Program-made: the position numbers and the translations under genes
The notes under the pieces: generated by a model
The model's database searches: none
Told to the model about the DNA's origin: nothing
What the model saw: the letters and a program-made list of their open reading frames with translations, nothing else
Origin: Spirochaetia bacterium
GTDB taxonomy: Bacteria; Spirochaetota; Spirochaetia; UBA9216
Assembly (NCBI GenBank): GCA_963677925.2
Contig: CAXXYH010000003.1
Coordinates: forward strand, 1,408,001 to 1,472,000
Direction of reading: 5' to 3'
DNA: 64,000 nucleotides
Shown: positions 1 to 10,112 of the stretch, in pieces
Position numbering within the stretch: position 1 is the stretch's first letter
Layout: each line of letters begins with the position of its first letter

Positions 1-2313
1 TCGAATTCTATCTGAGATAAAATATGAAAAAAGTGTAAAGCACAATGTAATTATTAATACCGGCAGAATAGCGGCTGTGAAGCCGGGATGTGAGTTGAAT
101 CCGCTGACTCCTGCAAAACGCATTATAACATCTACAATAGGATCAGTTAAAACACTACTCAGAAGTGCTCCGAAAAAAGCCCCTAAAAATGACACTATTA
201 AAAATCTAAGAGCAAATGAGATTCGCAGACTATGGACCGAAAAACCCAACACACGATAGACAGCAATGTCATGCTGTTCTCTTTTCAGTATTTTATTCCC
301 GCTTAATATTACTGCAGTAAAAATCACAGCAGCAGCAATAATATACATAAATATCATCAGCAACCTCATGGCACTGATAATTCCATAGAGGCCGGGCCAG
401 CCGTTTTCATGGACATGAATATCAGCTCTGTAGCGCTGCTCAAGTTCTTCCATCAAAGGAATTCTCATATCAGGCTTTTCAAGAAAATAATGAACACACC
501 AGATTGCAGGATTATCAAATGCTATTTTAAGATATCCCTGGCGGCTTAAGCCGAAGTTGTCACCCATATCATTAGCACACTGATAAAATCCGGTTACAAT
601 ATATTCTTCTGAGCCTTTGGCAGCAGAAAGAGTTACTGTATCTCCTATTTCAGCACCAATGTCAGAGGCAAGAAATTCGGTAAGAACGACTTCATCATCT
701 CCTGTTCCCGCCCGGCCTTTCAGTATGTGAAGACGGCTGGGTTCAGTTATAATATTGGCTGTATAGTTTACTCCGTTTAAAGCAACACTTTCCATTGCAA
801 GCTCATAAGTATCGGTTATAGGACTGAATTCTGTAATAAGCGATTCAATTTCTTCGCGTTCAAGATCACTGAAAATCTGAACTCCCAAATCATGTTCGGC
901 AGGATTAAAGGCATCCATTAAGCCTTCTCCATTTGGACCAATCCATGAATCGATTCTTCCGATTAATGAAGAAAAGAAAACAAGAAGCAGGGCAATAAAC
1001 AAAGCGCTAAGATAATTCATTTTACCGGAAAGGACCTGACGTAAAGCAAGCCTGACTCTAAAAAAGGATTTCCCCAGTGAAAAATAATTTCTGCCCTTAT
1101 AATCTTCAAGCCCCTGCCTTATTGCCTTGACAGGCTCGATTAGAGCAACTGGGCGGGTACGAAAAAATAAGAAAAGCAAAACCAGAGAGAGCTGTGCCGT
1201 AAAGCCTAACAATATAATAGGTAATGGCAGATTTGGAGGAATAAGAATTCCGGAGGTTGTCAGCATCATACGAATTGCCACGGCAGAAGCTGCAGGGGAT
1301 AATACAAGACCTGCGCCTGCAGCAAGAATAACAGGAAGAATAAATTGAATTATAAGTACGCTCCTCAGATGTCTGCCGGAATAACCTATTGTTTTCATAA
1401 TACTCAAGCTGGCTTTTTCTTCAGTAATTGAACTGCTTATGGCATGACCCATTACAATAAAGGCTGTAACCAGGAGAACAATCGTAAAGGCAATCAGAAG
1501 AGCTGAGAAAATATTCTGAAGTATCAGCATAAAACCGACAAGGACTTCACGGCTGTGAGTGAACTCAGTATATTTTGGCAGATCGGTATGTTCATTAATA
1601 ATTCTGTTGAGATCTGCAATTGAAATATCATCCTTTTTATTTTTTACAACATGGAGCATTAAACCATTTCTTGCCAGAGAGTCTATACCGTAAGAATCTG
1701 CAGAACCAATGATATTTTCATAATCAGTATCACTTATCAGAAAACTCTTCATCCCTATCATAGAACTGCCCATAAACGGATCTTCAAAAAAACCTTTTAT
1801 TTTAAATGAGTAAACAACACCGTTTCTTGCAATTATAAAATCAATTTGATCATCAATTCCTGCTCCGAAAATTGTAACCATAGATGGAGAAACATAAATT
1901 TCACCGGGAATTATTTCTTCAGGAGCCTTTCTATAATCCGACAAATCATCAGAAATAAATTTATATGAAAAAGAGGAGGGAGTATAAGTTATCAACTGAC
2001 CCTCGCTATCGGATTCCTGTTCAAGGATTTCATAGTCAGAGATTATTATTTTCTGTCCGGAAATTGAATCTACTTCTTTCAGTGCTTCTATATCATTTAT
2101 TAAATTATCATTTTCAGAAAAACCGGTAATCCATAAGGTTAAATCTCCGAAACCGAGACGCTTCATCTCATTCAGTACATATGTACCGGAATTTATTCGT
2201 ATTGTGACAACTGATGCCCCGGCAATTGTAATAATCAGCATCAGAATGAAAATACTGAAAAGACTAAGTCTGTGAGCCTTAAGTCCGGAATTAAAAAAGG
2301 TTAGATTACGCAT
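1..2313 (-). CDS. ABC exporter permease, FtsX/MacB-like (3' end runs off the window)
   Basis: Not in the ORF track. Read by hand from ATG at 2313 (MRNLTFFNSGLKAHRLSLFSIFILM...), same frame at position 1 (...VLIITLCFTLFSYFISDRIR). Hydrophobic segments; directly follows a LolD-type ATPase. Confidence 0.85.
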   Translation of the reverse strand, partial: MRNLTFFNSGLKAHRLSLFSIFILMLIITIAGASVVTIRINSGTYVLNEMKRLGFGDLTLWITGFSENDNLINDIEALKEVDSISGQKIIISDYEILEQESDSEGQLITYTPSSFSYKFISDDLSDYRKAPEEIIPGEIYVSPSMVTIFGAGIDDQIDFIIARNGVVYSFKIKGFFEDPFMGSSMIGMKSFLISDTDYENIIGSADSYGIDSLARNGLMLHVVKNKKDDISIADLNRIINEHTDLPKYTEFTHSREVLVGFMLILQNIFSALLIAFTIVLLVTAFIVMGHAISSSITEEKASLSIMKTIGYSGRHLRSVLIIQFILPVILAAGAGLVLSPAASAVAIRMMLTTSGILIPPNLPLPIILLGFTAQLSLVLLFLFFRTRPVALIEPVKAIRQGLEDYKGRNYFSLGKSFFRVRLALRQVLSGKMNYLSALFIALLLVFFSSLIGRIDSWIGPNGEGLMDAFNPAEHDLGVQIFSDLEREEIESLITEFSPITDTYELAMESVALNGVNYTANIITEPSRLHILKGRAGTGDDEVVLTEFLASDIGAEIGDTVTLSAAKGSEEYIVTGFYQCANDMGDNFGLSRQGYLKIAFDNPAIWCVHYFLEKPDMRIPLMEELEQRYRADIHVHENGWPGLYGIISAMRLLMIFMYIIAAAVIFTAVILSGNKILKREQHDIAVYRVLGFSVHSLRISFALRFLIVSFLGAFFGALLSSVLTDPIVDVIMRFAGVSGFNSHPGFTAAILPVLIITLCFTLFSYFISDRIR

Positions 2314-2325
2314 CCGATTTATTCC

Positions 2326-3087
2326 TTACCATGAAAGGCCGGACAACCAGTTATTAACGTGCTTCTCACGTTCTTTTTCCAGACTGATATCAAATGAAGG
2401 CATTTTCATTTCTGCAACAATGTGTCCATCTTCGAGATACAGGATTCTTGTTCCTCTGACCGCAGCCCTTACATCATGAGTAGCAAGGAGTATGCTATGC
2501 GATTTTTTATGTAAGTTTATCAGAATATCAAAAACTTTATCTGAACTGCTGCGATTTAAAGCACCGGTAGGTTCGTCAGCAAACAGCAGTCCCGGTTCAT
2601 TTATCACAGCCCTGGCTATTGCGGCACGTTGTGATTCACCTCCGGAGGTCTGATAAGGCAGTCTGGCTCCTGCAGCACTGACATCCATTTCATTTAGTAT
2701 CCGGAGAGCATTTTCAGTAATCTCTTTTTCGGTCTTATTCTTATCGAGGTATCCGGCAACAGCCACGTTCTCAAACAGGCTGAGATTAGTAATGAGATGA
2801 GTCTGCTGAAAAATAAAGCCGAATTCTTTTGCCCGCAGTTCAGTCATCTTTTTTTCTGAATAGAGGCTTATTTCTTTATCTCTAAAAAAGATACTACCAG
2901 ATGTAATTTTATCAAGTCCGCTTAATGCATACAGAAGTGTGGATTTGCCTGCACCGGACGGCCCCATTATTACAGTAAAATCACCAGTGTAAATTTCAAG
3001 ATCTATATTATTTAAAACAGGGTTTACCCTGGTTCCCTGACGGAAAGATTTACAGATATTCAATCCCTTTATAAGAACATCTTTCAT
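2326..3087 (-). CDS. ABC transporter ATP-binding protein (LolD/MacB-like exporter ATPase)
   Basis: Walker A GPSGAGKS, signature TSGGESQR, Walker B LLFADEPTGAL, H-loop ATHD. Confidence 0.95.
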   Translation of the reverse strand: MKDVLIKGLNICKSFRQGTRVNPVLNNIDLEIYTGDFTVIMGPSGAGKSTLLYALSGLDKITSGSIFFRDKEISLYSEKKMTELRAKEFGFIFQQTHLITNLSLFENVAVAGYLDKNKTEKEITENALRILNEMDVSAAGARLPYQTSGGESQRAAIARAVINEPGLLFADEPTGALNRSSSDKVFDILINLHKKSHSILLATHDVRAAVRGTRILYLEDGHIVAEMKMPSFDISLEKEREKHVNNWLSGLSW

Positions 3088-4451
3088 ATAACACTCCGAT
3101 CAGATTGCTGATCTATAATCAGCCTTTTTTTTCCTGTCTCGGGATCGGGCTGTATTTCAGAAGCGAATTGTATAGAAAAATCGACATATTGCAGATTTTT
3201 CTCTTTAAGAAGTTCATCCATCCGTATAATCATTTCAGTTTTTACACCGTCCCGCTTTTTTTCTTCAGGAACAACTGCCAGCATGGTAAAACCGGAGACG
3301 GAGTTTTTAATAAATTGATAATCCAGAAGCCCGTCGATGCAAAAACCCTCAATAGAAAGGGGATGAAGAAAATCTGCACTTCTCTGCTCACTTCTGAACC
3401 ATAGAACATCTTCATCACGGCTGAGAAGCACCTTCACAAGTGTAAAAGGATATTTTTGGTAAACTGAATTATCGACAGGGAGAAGCTTATCTGAAATTTT
3501 ATATCTTATTAGGGGCTGAATAAAATTGTAAAGTGATGTCAGGTATATGCCGTCATCCTGAATCTCAATATAATTTAAATCATCAAACAGATACATTCCC
3601 TCTTTTGCAGAAGTCTCAACGCCCATTGCAAGCGATTCACTTGCACCATAAACATTAATTATAATTTTACAGAAAACTTCTTCATAGTATGAACGCATTC
3701 CAGTGCTGAGAGGTTCTCCGCAGGAAATAACCCTGCTAACATCAAGTCTTACATCTTCCTGTTTTTTTATATCTGCAAGAATTTTTAAAGCAGATGGATA
3801 CCCGATAATAATGTTTGGATTAAATTTTTCAATCTTATCTTTCCATTCAGGAAGCGGTGTATTAACATCTATAAATAAACGCTTCCCCTTAAGACTGTCA
3901 ACTCCTCCACCGACAGCCATTGCTCCGCCGTAACGCCCGTTTACTGCAGCTATATAAAGTATCCGTATTCCACCAGCCAGCACCTTTAATAGGCCTGGAA
4001 TCGAAAGATCCCATGCTGCTGCTCTGATTATTCCCAGAAGCATTTTATTCCAGGCTTCATCATCATATAAAAAATATCTTGGTGTTCCTGTACTGCCCGA
4101 TGAGTGGACAATGTAGTATTTATCCTGAAACAAGCCCTTGTCTACCGAAGCTTCTTCATCAAATTTACGAAGAGCATTCTGCGACACACCATCAACCGTA
4201 ACTACCAGATCAAAATTATTCATCAATGTTTCTTTATCAATAATAGGGAAATCAGAAAGCGGACGGCTATCAATCTGGTCACCGTAAATTCCTGCCTTTT
4301 GAAATGCTTTCCGGTAATAAGGAGAATTAGCATAAGCATGCTTCAGCATTGTTCTTAATTTTTTCTCACGTAGTTTTATTACTTGGTTCCGATTTTTGCT
4401 CATATTGTTTTTCATAACAAACAAACTTGAGAGCAATTTTATAAAGTTCAT
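3084..4451 (-). CDS. Phenylacetate--CoA ligase-like (PaaK/CapK-type) adenylate-forming enzyme
   Basis: HAYANSPYY N-terminus, P-loop HSSGSTGTP, GYPS, CGEPL, YGASE, PLIRYKISD, C-terminal TGKKRLI. Confidence 0.85.
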   Translation of the reverse strand: MNFIKLLSSLFVMKNNMSKNRNQVIKLREKKLRTMLKHAYANSPYYRKAFQKAGIYGDQIDSRPLSDFPIIDKETLMNNFDLVVTVDGVSQNALRKFDEEASVDKGLFQDKYYIVHSSGSTGTPRYFLYDDEAWNKMLLGIIRAAAWDLSIPGLLKVLAGGIRILYIAAVNGRYGGAMAVGGGVDSLKGKRLFIDVNTPLPEWKDKIEKFNPNIIIGYPSALKILADIKKQEDVRLDVSRVISCGEPLSTGMRSYYEEVFCKIIINVYGASESLAMGVETSAKEGMYLFDDLNYIEIQDDGIYLTSLYNFIQPLIRYKISDKLLPVDNSVYQKYPFTLVKVLLSRDEDVLWFRSEQRSADFLHPLSIEGFCIDGLLDYQFIKNSVSGFTMLAVVPEEKKRDGVKTEMIIRMDELLKEKNLQYVDFSIQFASEIQPDPETGKKRLIIDQQSDRSVI

Positions 4452-5542
4452 CAGAGATCTCCATTCAGGTAAAATGAATAACTTTTAGTATAGTCTTCTC
4501 TGTGAAAGTATTGAGCTTTAAGATTTTCCTGATCGAATACAATACTCCATTCAGTTGAAAGAAACTCTTCAAAGTTTTTTTTGCTTACCCTGCTGAGCGC
4601 ATCTCTTACATCGGCTTCATTCATGCTGTAATTATTATTAATTATTTCATCAAGTATCCGATATCGTTCATGCGACTGAGCCGAACCTATCCCCTGCTTT
4701 TCACCTTCTGCCAAATAAAAATTAGTTAGAATTGGAGTATCAATAATTTTCATTTCATTATTCACATATTCAACAGCAACACTCCGTCCGGACGCATCGG
4801 CTATTGCAAAATGGACCATATATCCGAATGAAGCATGAAGATCATATGAGTCCAGAAGATTCAATGCTTCATCAACATCTGATGCCTTATCCAGAAGAAG
4901 CCGTATCAGGGTTGATGTGGTGATGTCAGGTTTTGCACTACGCTGATCAATTGTTGTAGAATAATCTTCTATCATATTAACTGCAACACAAAGCCCCTTC
5001 TCATTCATTCCATCCAGCGGAGCATATAAGGAGGCGACAGCAAGGATTCTATCCGGCATCAAATTAAACATAACACCGGTTTCTTGTCTGATAAAATCCA
5101 TATTGACTGTGGAAATGGAACCATAGCCATTGTCCGGAAGAGATTGCACCACCATAATATCGCATTTCATCCAGTCGAAATTTCGTCCGAATAAATAGCC
5201 TCCATCCAATGAAGATACAGAAATTGTGCTGCACCCGAACACGGAACCTTCAAAGCTCAGACCTTCAGCTTCGGAAAGCAGATTTTCCGTAAGAAAATTA
5301 AGAACCTTCTCATCGGAGTCTGCTCCGCCTCTGCTTAAAAAGTAATCAAACCCGTAGTCACCCTGGTATAAAACAGTTGTAAAACCATTCTCTACCTTTC
5401 GTATTTTTGTTTCAGGTATTATTTTCATGTCAGCATATTCGATCTGAGTATCTTCTTTGCTGTTTTCAAAATTACCGGCGGCGCTTAAAAGGGACACACT
5501 TAAAATAAATACGCTGACTGAAAATAAAAATAATCTGTACAT
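4451..5542 (-). CDS. Exported Ntn-hydrolase (peptidase C45 / linear amide C-N hydrolase family)
   Basis: Signal peptide, internal G|CSTIS autoprocessing Cys, GRNFDW, DGMNEKGL, LTNFY. Confidence 0.85.
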   Translation of the reverse strand: MYRLFLFSVSVFILSVSLLSAAGNFENSKEDTQIEYADMKIIPETKIRKVENGFTTVLYQGDYGFDYFLSRGGADSDEKVLNFLTENLLSEAEGLSFEGSVFGCSTISVSSLDGGYLFGRNFDWMKCDIMVVQSLPDNGYGSISTVNMDFIRQETGVMFNLMPDRILAVASLYAPLDGMNEKGLCVAVNMIEDYSTTIDQRSAKPDITTSTLIRLLLDKASDVDEALNLLDSYDLHASFGYMVHFAIADASGRSVAVEYVNNEMKIIDTPILTNFYLAEGEKQGIGSAQSHERYRILDEIINNNYSMNEADVRDALSRVSKKNFEEFLSTEWSIVFDQENLKAQYFHREDYTKSYSFYLNGDL

Positions 5543-5544
5543 AC

Positions 5545-6027
5545 CTAACGTTCTACATTTATGATCATAACATTCCAGCCGTCAAGAACAGGATTTTCTT
5601 CTACAGCTCTTATAAAATCATCGGTTGCGCTAAACTCACCGACTTTTGTGTACTCACCGCTCACCTGGGCATCATGGAAGAAAAGAACAAGTCGGTTGGG
5701 TTTGGAATAATACACTTCACCGGCTTTTTCAGATTTTACAGTCTTGGAGTTGGACGGAATAGTATACCTGGAAGGAATATCATAATAATGCATCACATCG
5801 CTGTTTTCAAAACCTTTAAATCCAACTATGGGAAGATTCCAGCTTGTTCTCCCCACATGCCTTGCAATTGCAACAGCAGTTTCATTATCTTCAAGTACCA
5901 GGGAATAAGCCTTGCCCTCGTAGCCAAAGATCACTTCCAAATCCGGAAGAGACCCGGAAGAACTCTGGGCAAAACTCACACCTGCGGCGGTAATAAACAC
6001 TATTAAAATAAAGAATATCTTTTTCAT
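5545..6027 (-). CDS. Exported cyclophilin-like fold protein
   Basis: Signal peptide; LEDNETA...AGEVYYSKPNRLVLFF...YTKVG pattern of the cyclophilin-like family. Confidence 0.75.
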   Translation of the reverse strand: MKKIFFILIVFITAAGVSFAQSSSGSLPDLEVIFGYEGKAYSLVLEDNETAVAIARHVGRTSWNLPIVGFKGFENSDVMHYYDIPSRYTIPSNSKTVKSEKAGEVYYSKPNRLVLFFHDAQVSGEYTKVGEFSATDDFIRAVEENPVLDGWNVMIINVER

Positions 6028-6038
6028 CTTAAATCCTG

Positions 6039-6908
6039 TTATTTCTTAAGATCTCCACCGTAAACAGGAAACATACTGGCTTCTCCGTAGTTTTTAATTT
6101 TTTCCATGTTTTTCAGCAGTTCCATATCATCGCCGGATATTTCAAAATCCACATCAGCATTATTTTTCATATGAGCAGGATTCGCAGTTTTTGGAATAGG
6201 AAGAAGTCCAAGCTGAAGGTCATAGCGGATAGCCAGCTGAGGTATAGTAACATTGTATCTTGAAGCAATATCTGCGACCTTTTCATTCTTCATCAATTCG
6301 CCATGTCCAACCGGAGAGTAAGCTTCAACAAGGATTCCCTTATCTTCACAGTATTTAATAAGTTCAGAGGGAGTATTGCTAATATGAGCAAGAATCTGAT
6401 TGACCATTGGTTTAACAGTGCAGTTTTCAAGAATGTTATCAAGATCTTCTTCTGTAAAATTTGAAACGCCGATAGCTTTAATTTTGCCAGCCTTGTATGC
6501 GTCTTCAAGAGCTCTCCATGCCTGACGGTTTCCTTCTAGGAACCGGTCATCTTCCTGATACTCCATCCAGGGTTTAGGACTGTGAATAATCATCATATCA
6601 AGATAATCAAGACCCATTGTTTTAAGCGAACCTGCAATTGAGGCAACAGCTTCATCATAATTTTTCACTTCAGCCGCAAGTTTAGTTGTAACAAAAAGTT
6701 CTTCTCTTTTTACACCGCAGGTTCTTACACCTTCACCTACTCCGCGTTCATTCTGATATGCCTGAGCAGTATCGATGTGCCTGTATCCAAGCGCTACTGC
6801 ATCTTTAACTGCCTGCACAGAATCTTCATCACTGATAAACCATGTTCCAAGTCCAAGGCGCGGAATTTCCACACCGTTTGAAAGCTTATAATTTTCTTCT
6901 AATATCAT
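6039..6908 (-). CDS. Aldo/keto reductase
   Basis: LGLGTW, GYRHIDTAQAYQNE, TTKL, IHSP, AIGVSNF, IPKT. Confidence 0.95.
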   Translation of the reverse strand: MILEENYKLSNGVEIPRLGLGTWFISDEDSVQAVKDAVALGYRHIDTAQAYQNERGVGEGVRTCGVKREELFVTTKLAAEVKNYDEAVASIAGSLKTMGLDYLDMMIIHSPKPWMEYQEDDRFLEGNRQAWRALEDAYKAGKIKAIGVSNFTEEDLDNILENCTVKPMVNQILAHISNTPSELIKYCEDKGILVEAYSPVGHGELMKNEKVADIASRYNVTIPQLAIRYDLQLGLLPIPKTANPAHMKNNADVDFEISGDDMELLKNMEKIKNYGEASMFPVYGGDLKK

Positions 6909-6930
6909 AATTGTTCTCCTTATAAGTCTT

Positions 6931-7791
6931 TTAATCCAGACTTAATTTTACTGTTACATTTCCCTTACCGAGAATTTTCTTCAGCTCTTCTGCTGAAATA
7001 TTTTTTATTTTTCCAATCCTGGTAAAGTTCCAGGAATTAGGAGCATAGTAGATAACAAAAGCATTCCCCTGATAGAGAATTAAATCTCCTGCCTCGGTAG
7101 TTATCTGCTCATCATTTCTGGGGAGACTCTTCGGCAGAGTTCCCACCTTTTCCATCGAACCGTAATCCCTCATATCTACGGCAACCGGTCCGTCGGCAAG
7201 CATCTTCTTCAAGGCTTCCGCGGTTGAATTATCCGCCAGTTCAGCGGTAAGTCTGGTATCGCCTACATATAAATTCACTGTGTTTTCCTCCTCTGCAATC
7301 TCTGCAAGTCTGATTTTAATATCAACTCTTCCCTTAAAAGATTTTACGATACTCATATCTTCATCATTGATTTTGCCAATGATTGGGATACCCGGCATAT
7401 TGCTGAATTTCTCTTCATGATCCACAAGAATGGTAAACCATCCTCCGAACCAGCCTATCTCTCCGATTTTCCAGCTTGTCCTTCCTTCGGAAGGATCTGA
7501 AGGAAGCTCCTCTCTGACAGTACCGCAGAGGTCATCTGCAGCTCGTGAAACTGAAACTGAATACGGAAGCATCTTTAAAAATTCACGACCGGCCAGGGTC
7601 GTATTTATTACAGCGCCCACTTCTGTACCGTTCATTTCAAGGATGACAGGTGTCCCGTCTTCAGACTGTATTGCATTTTCAGCCATAGTGCTGTTCTCCT
7701 GAACCATTTCCTCGCTGCCGGAAGCGGCAGCCGAAGAAATCGGTAAAATTATTATTATCAAACCAAGAATAATTTTTTTAATTTTCTTCAT
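6931..7791 (-). CDS. Exported protein with two tandem cyclophilin-like domains
   Basis: Signal peptide. Domain 2 LADNSTAEAL...MRDYGSMEKVG...AGDLILYQGNAFVIYYAPNSWNFTRIGKI; domain 1 is a divergent copy. Confidence 0.8.
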   Translation of the reverse strand: MKKIKKIILGLIIIILPISSAAASGSEEMVQENSTMAENAIQSEDGTPVILEMNGTEVGAVINTTLAGREFLKMLPYSVSVSRAADDLCGTVREELPSDPSEGRTSWKIGEIGWFGGWFTILVDHEEKFSNMPGIPIIGKINDEDMSIVKSFKGRVDIKIRLAEIAEEENTVNLYVGDTRLTAELADNSTAEALKKMLADGPVAVDMRDYGSMEKVGTLPKSLPRNDEQITTEAGDLILYQGNAFVIYYAPNSWNFTRIGKIKNISAEELKKILGKGNVTVKLSLD

Positions 7792-7818
7792 TTTTATCTC
7801 CTAAGAAGTTATGAATAG

Positions 7819-7849
7819 AGAATACATGCTAGAGATTACTCTAGGTCAA
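7819..7849 (-). promoter_or_regulatory. MerR-type (NmlR/AdhR-like) promoter with dyad operator
   Basis: Minus strand TTGACC (7849-7844), 19-bp spacer, TATTCT (7824-7819). Perfect dyad CTAGAG-N4-CTCTAG at 7829-7844. Confidence 0.85.
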
Positions 7850-7934
7850 GCTTTATTCTTATAAATTTTCCCTTTTTTTACCTTTTTTCTTCGAATTCAA
7901 CATAACCTCCGGACTGTCTACCGAATGTTCTCTA

Positions 7935-8817
7935 CTAAAAGTTTCTTACAAGCCTGAAGCCTCTGCTGAAAAAAGCATCTGTCGAGGGTGTTGCCGAGCG
8001 GTAGGATGAGCGAAGATGCTTACCGAAATCATTCCATCCGCCGCCCCGGACAACCCTGAGGAAACCTCTGCAGGCCCTGATGGATTATCATTCCGTGCGG
8101 CATCATATTCACCATACACGTCAAAGCACCATTCGCTCACATTTCCGTGCATGTTATACAGACCGAACTGGTTAGGTTCAAACTTATCAATTTCAACAGG
8201 CTTTTCCCTGTAGACGCCGGGGAGAGGTATCCATCTCATGCTGTGCAAAATAGTGGTCTTCGATTGTGTAGGGATAAGTTCCGAAATAATTAGCTTCATC
8301 AACACTTATATTATTCCCGGTGTTAAATGGTGTGGCTGTACCGGCTCTGCAGGCATACTCCCCATTCTGCTTCCGTAGGAAGCCGGTATCCATTTGCAGC
8401 CCGATCCCATTCAACGTTTTTTCCGTCTATCCTGTATGCAGGCTGAAGTCCCTGAGAGCGGCTTAGAGCATTGCAGTATTCAACGGCATCATACCAGGTT
8501 ACCGATTCAACAGGCAGATTGTCACCTTTAAACCCGGATGGATTTGTGCCCGTAATCTCTGAATACTCTTTCTGGGACAGCTCATATTTACTTATATAAA
8601 AATCGTTCACAGTTACGGTGTGAAGAAGCTCATCAGTCTCCCGCCAGGATTCCGATTCAGGGCTCCCCATTCTGAAAGTCTCTCCTTTTATCAGAACCAT
8701 ATCTGAAGACAGAGGCTCAGAATTCTGCGAACCGTCCAGCCTTCCCTGAGAATAAGCAGAAAATACAGAACTTAGTAAAACTGAGAGCACCATAACCCTA
8801 ATTAACTTTCTGTTCAT
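7935..8817 (-). pseudogene. Formylglycine-generating enzyme (FGE-sulfatase/SUMF1) family protein, split by three single-base indels
   Basis: FRMGS, YRLPTEAEW|EYACRAGT, PNQFGLYNMHGNVSEWC and RVVRGGGWNDF...GFRLVRNF* (stop at 7935) lie in successive frames. Indels at about 8360-8363 (+1), 8219-8222 (+1) and 8065 (-1). Confidence 0.85.
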
Positions 8818-9417
8818 TTCAAAACCACCCCGTTATCTGTAAGCCATTCTTTTATATCTTTTTCAAGCGACCCACGCCCCCCGTAATAAACCTCAAAAGG
8901 CTCAAGGATTTCAGAGCCCGGACTTGATTTTAGCAATAGCGGAAATAGACTGCCCGAAGCGGCCGCCTCCGTGTGTGCAGAATGGAATAATTCTCTTACC
9001 GGAAAGATCATATTCTTCAAGAAATGTTGCAATAGGCATGGGAATTGATGCCCACCAGTTTGCAAAGCCAAGGTAGATAGTATCGTACTGATCAATATTA
9101 TCAATTTTATTTTTTATCTGTGGTCTGTCTTTTCGCTTCTGCGCATCCTTGGCCTCCGTAAGCACGGCGTTGTAGCCTGATGAGTAAGGTGATACCAGCT
9201 CTATCTCAAAAACATCTGCCCCTGTAAGCTCCTGTACTATTGCAGCAATAGATACAGTATTGCCGCTTGCGTATGTTACAGCATCAACATCTCCGGACAG
9301 ATTTTTGTTTCTGGAGCTTGGATAGATTACCAGCAGCTGCTTTCCATTATCCTGCGCATTAACAGCCAGAGCAATTAAGAGAAAAATACAGATGTTAATT
9401 AAAATCTTTTTTTTCAT
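8814..9417 (-). pseudogene. Exported flavodoxin, frameshifted near the C-terminus
   Basis: SGNT, YDTIYLGFANWWASIPMP, PFCTHGGG in ORF 8911-9417. The expected tail SPGSEILEPF...IKEWL is in another frame (+1 base in the run at 8928-8931). Confidence 0.8.
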
Positions 9418-9431
9418 ATTTCACCTCTCTG

Positions 9432-10112
9432 CTATTTTGTATATCCCATTCCGCGCAGCCATTTTTCAAGCTCAGGACGGGAAACGTTTATTTGTGAACG
9501 GTAAAATCCTTTTTCTTTTTCAAGTTCAGCGGATGAAGGCAGAAGCTTTTTCAAATCTCTTATGGTTCTGGCGACTCCGCTTGTACCATGAGCCACAAAG
9601 GGAATAACTGTTTTTCCGGAAAGATCATTCTCTTCCACAAAACTTGCTACAGCCATGGGAATGGTGTACCACCATGTTGGGAAACCAAGAAAAACAACAT
9701 CATAATCCGAGAGGCTTCGCACTTTGGAGGTTAACACAGGTCTTGCTCTGTCAGCCTTCTCATCAGCAGCCCTATCCAGAATCTCGTCCCAGTAGCAGGA
9801 ATACTTATCCTGAACCTGAATAGAGAAAATATCTCCGCCTGCTGTTTGCTGGATCCATTCTGCAAGCTGTCCTGTATTACCCGGCGGAAGCACACTTGCC
9901 GTGGTTACCGTATCGACGCCCGAACTGTTTTCCATGCTGAAGACATGCCCGTTTGCATCGCGGATAGCTTTTGCCCGATCGAGGATTACTGTGTTATCAG
10001 CCCAGGTAAAATAGGCTATGAGAATTTTCTGCTCGGCCTGAGCTTGCAACTGCATCAGACTGCTAAACAGCATCAGTATTGATAATGATATAATTATTTT
10101 TGGTTTAAGCAT
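9432..10112 (-). CDS. Exported flavodoxin
   Basis: Signal peptide, KILIAYFT, PGNT, YDVVFLGFPTWWYTIPM, PFVAHGTSG. Confidence 0.9.
   Translation of the reverse strand: MLKPKIIISLSILMLFSSLMQLQAQAEQKILIAYFTWADNTVILDRAKAIRDANGHVFSMENSSGVDTVTTASVLPPGNTGQLAEWIQQTAGGDIFSIQVQDKYSCYWDEILDRAADEKADRARPVLTSKVRSLSDYDVVFLGFPTWWYTIPMAVASFVEENDLSGKTVIPFVAHGTSGVARTIRDLKKLLPSSAELEKEKGFYRSQINVSRPELEKWLRGMGYTK

Noticed and set aside
3084-4451. Phenylacetate degradation (paaK)
   Set aside because: No other paa genes in the window; the gene is coupled to an exporter instead.
7935-8935. Programmed ribosomal frameshifting in the FGE-like and flavodoxin genes
   Set aside because: Three separate shifts of mixed sign would be needed in one gene, and no slippery heptamer with a stimulatory structure was seen.
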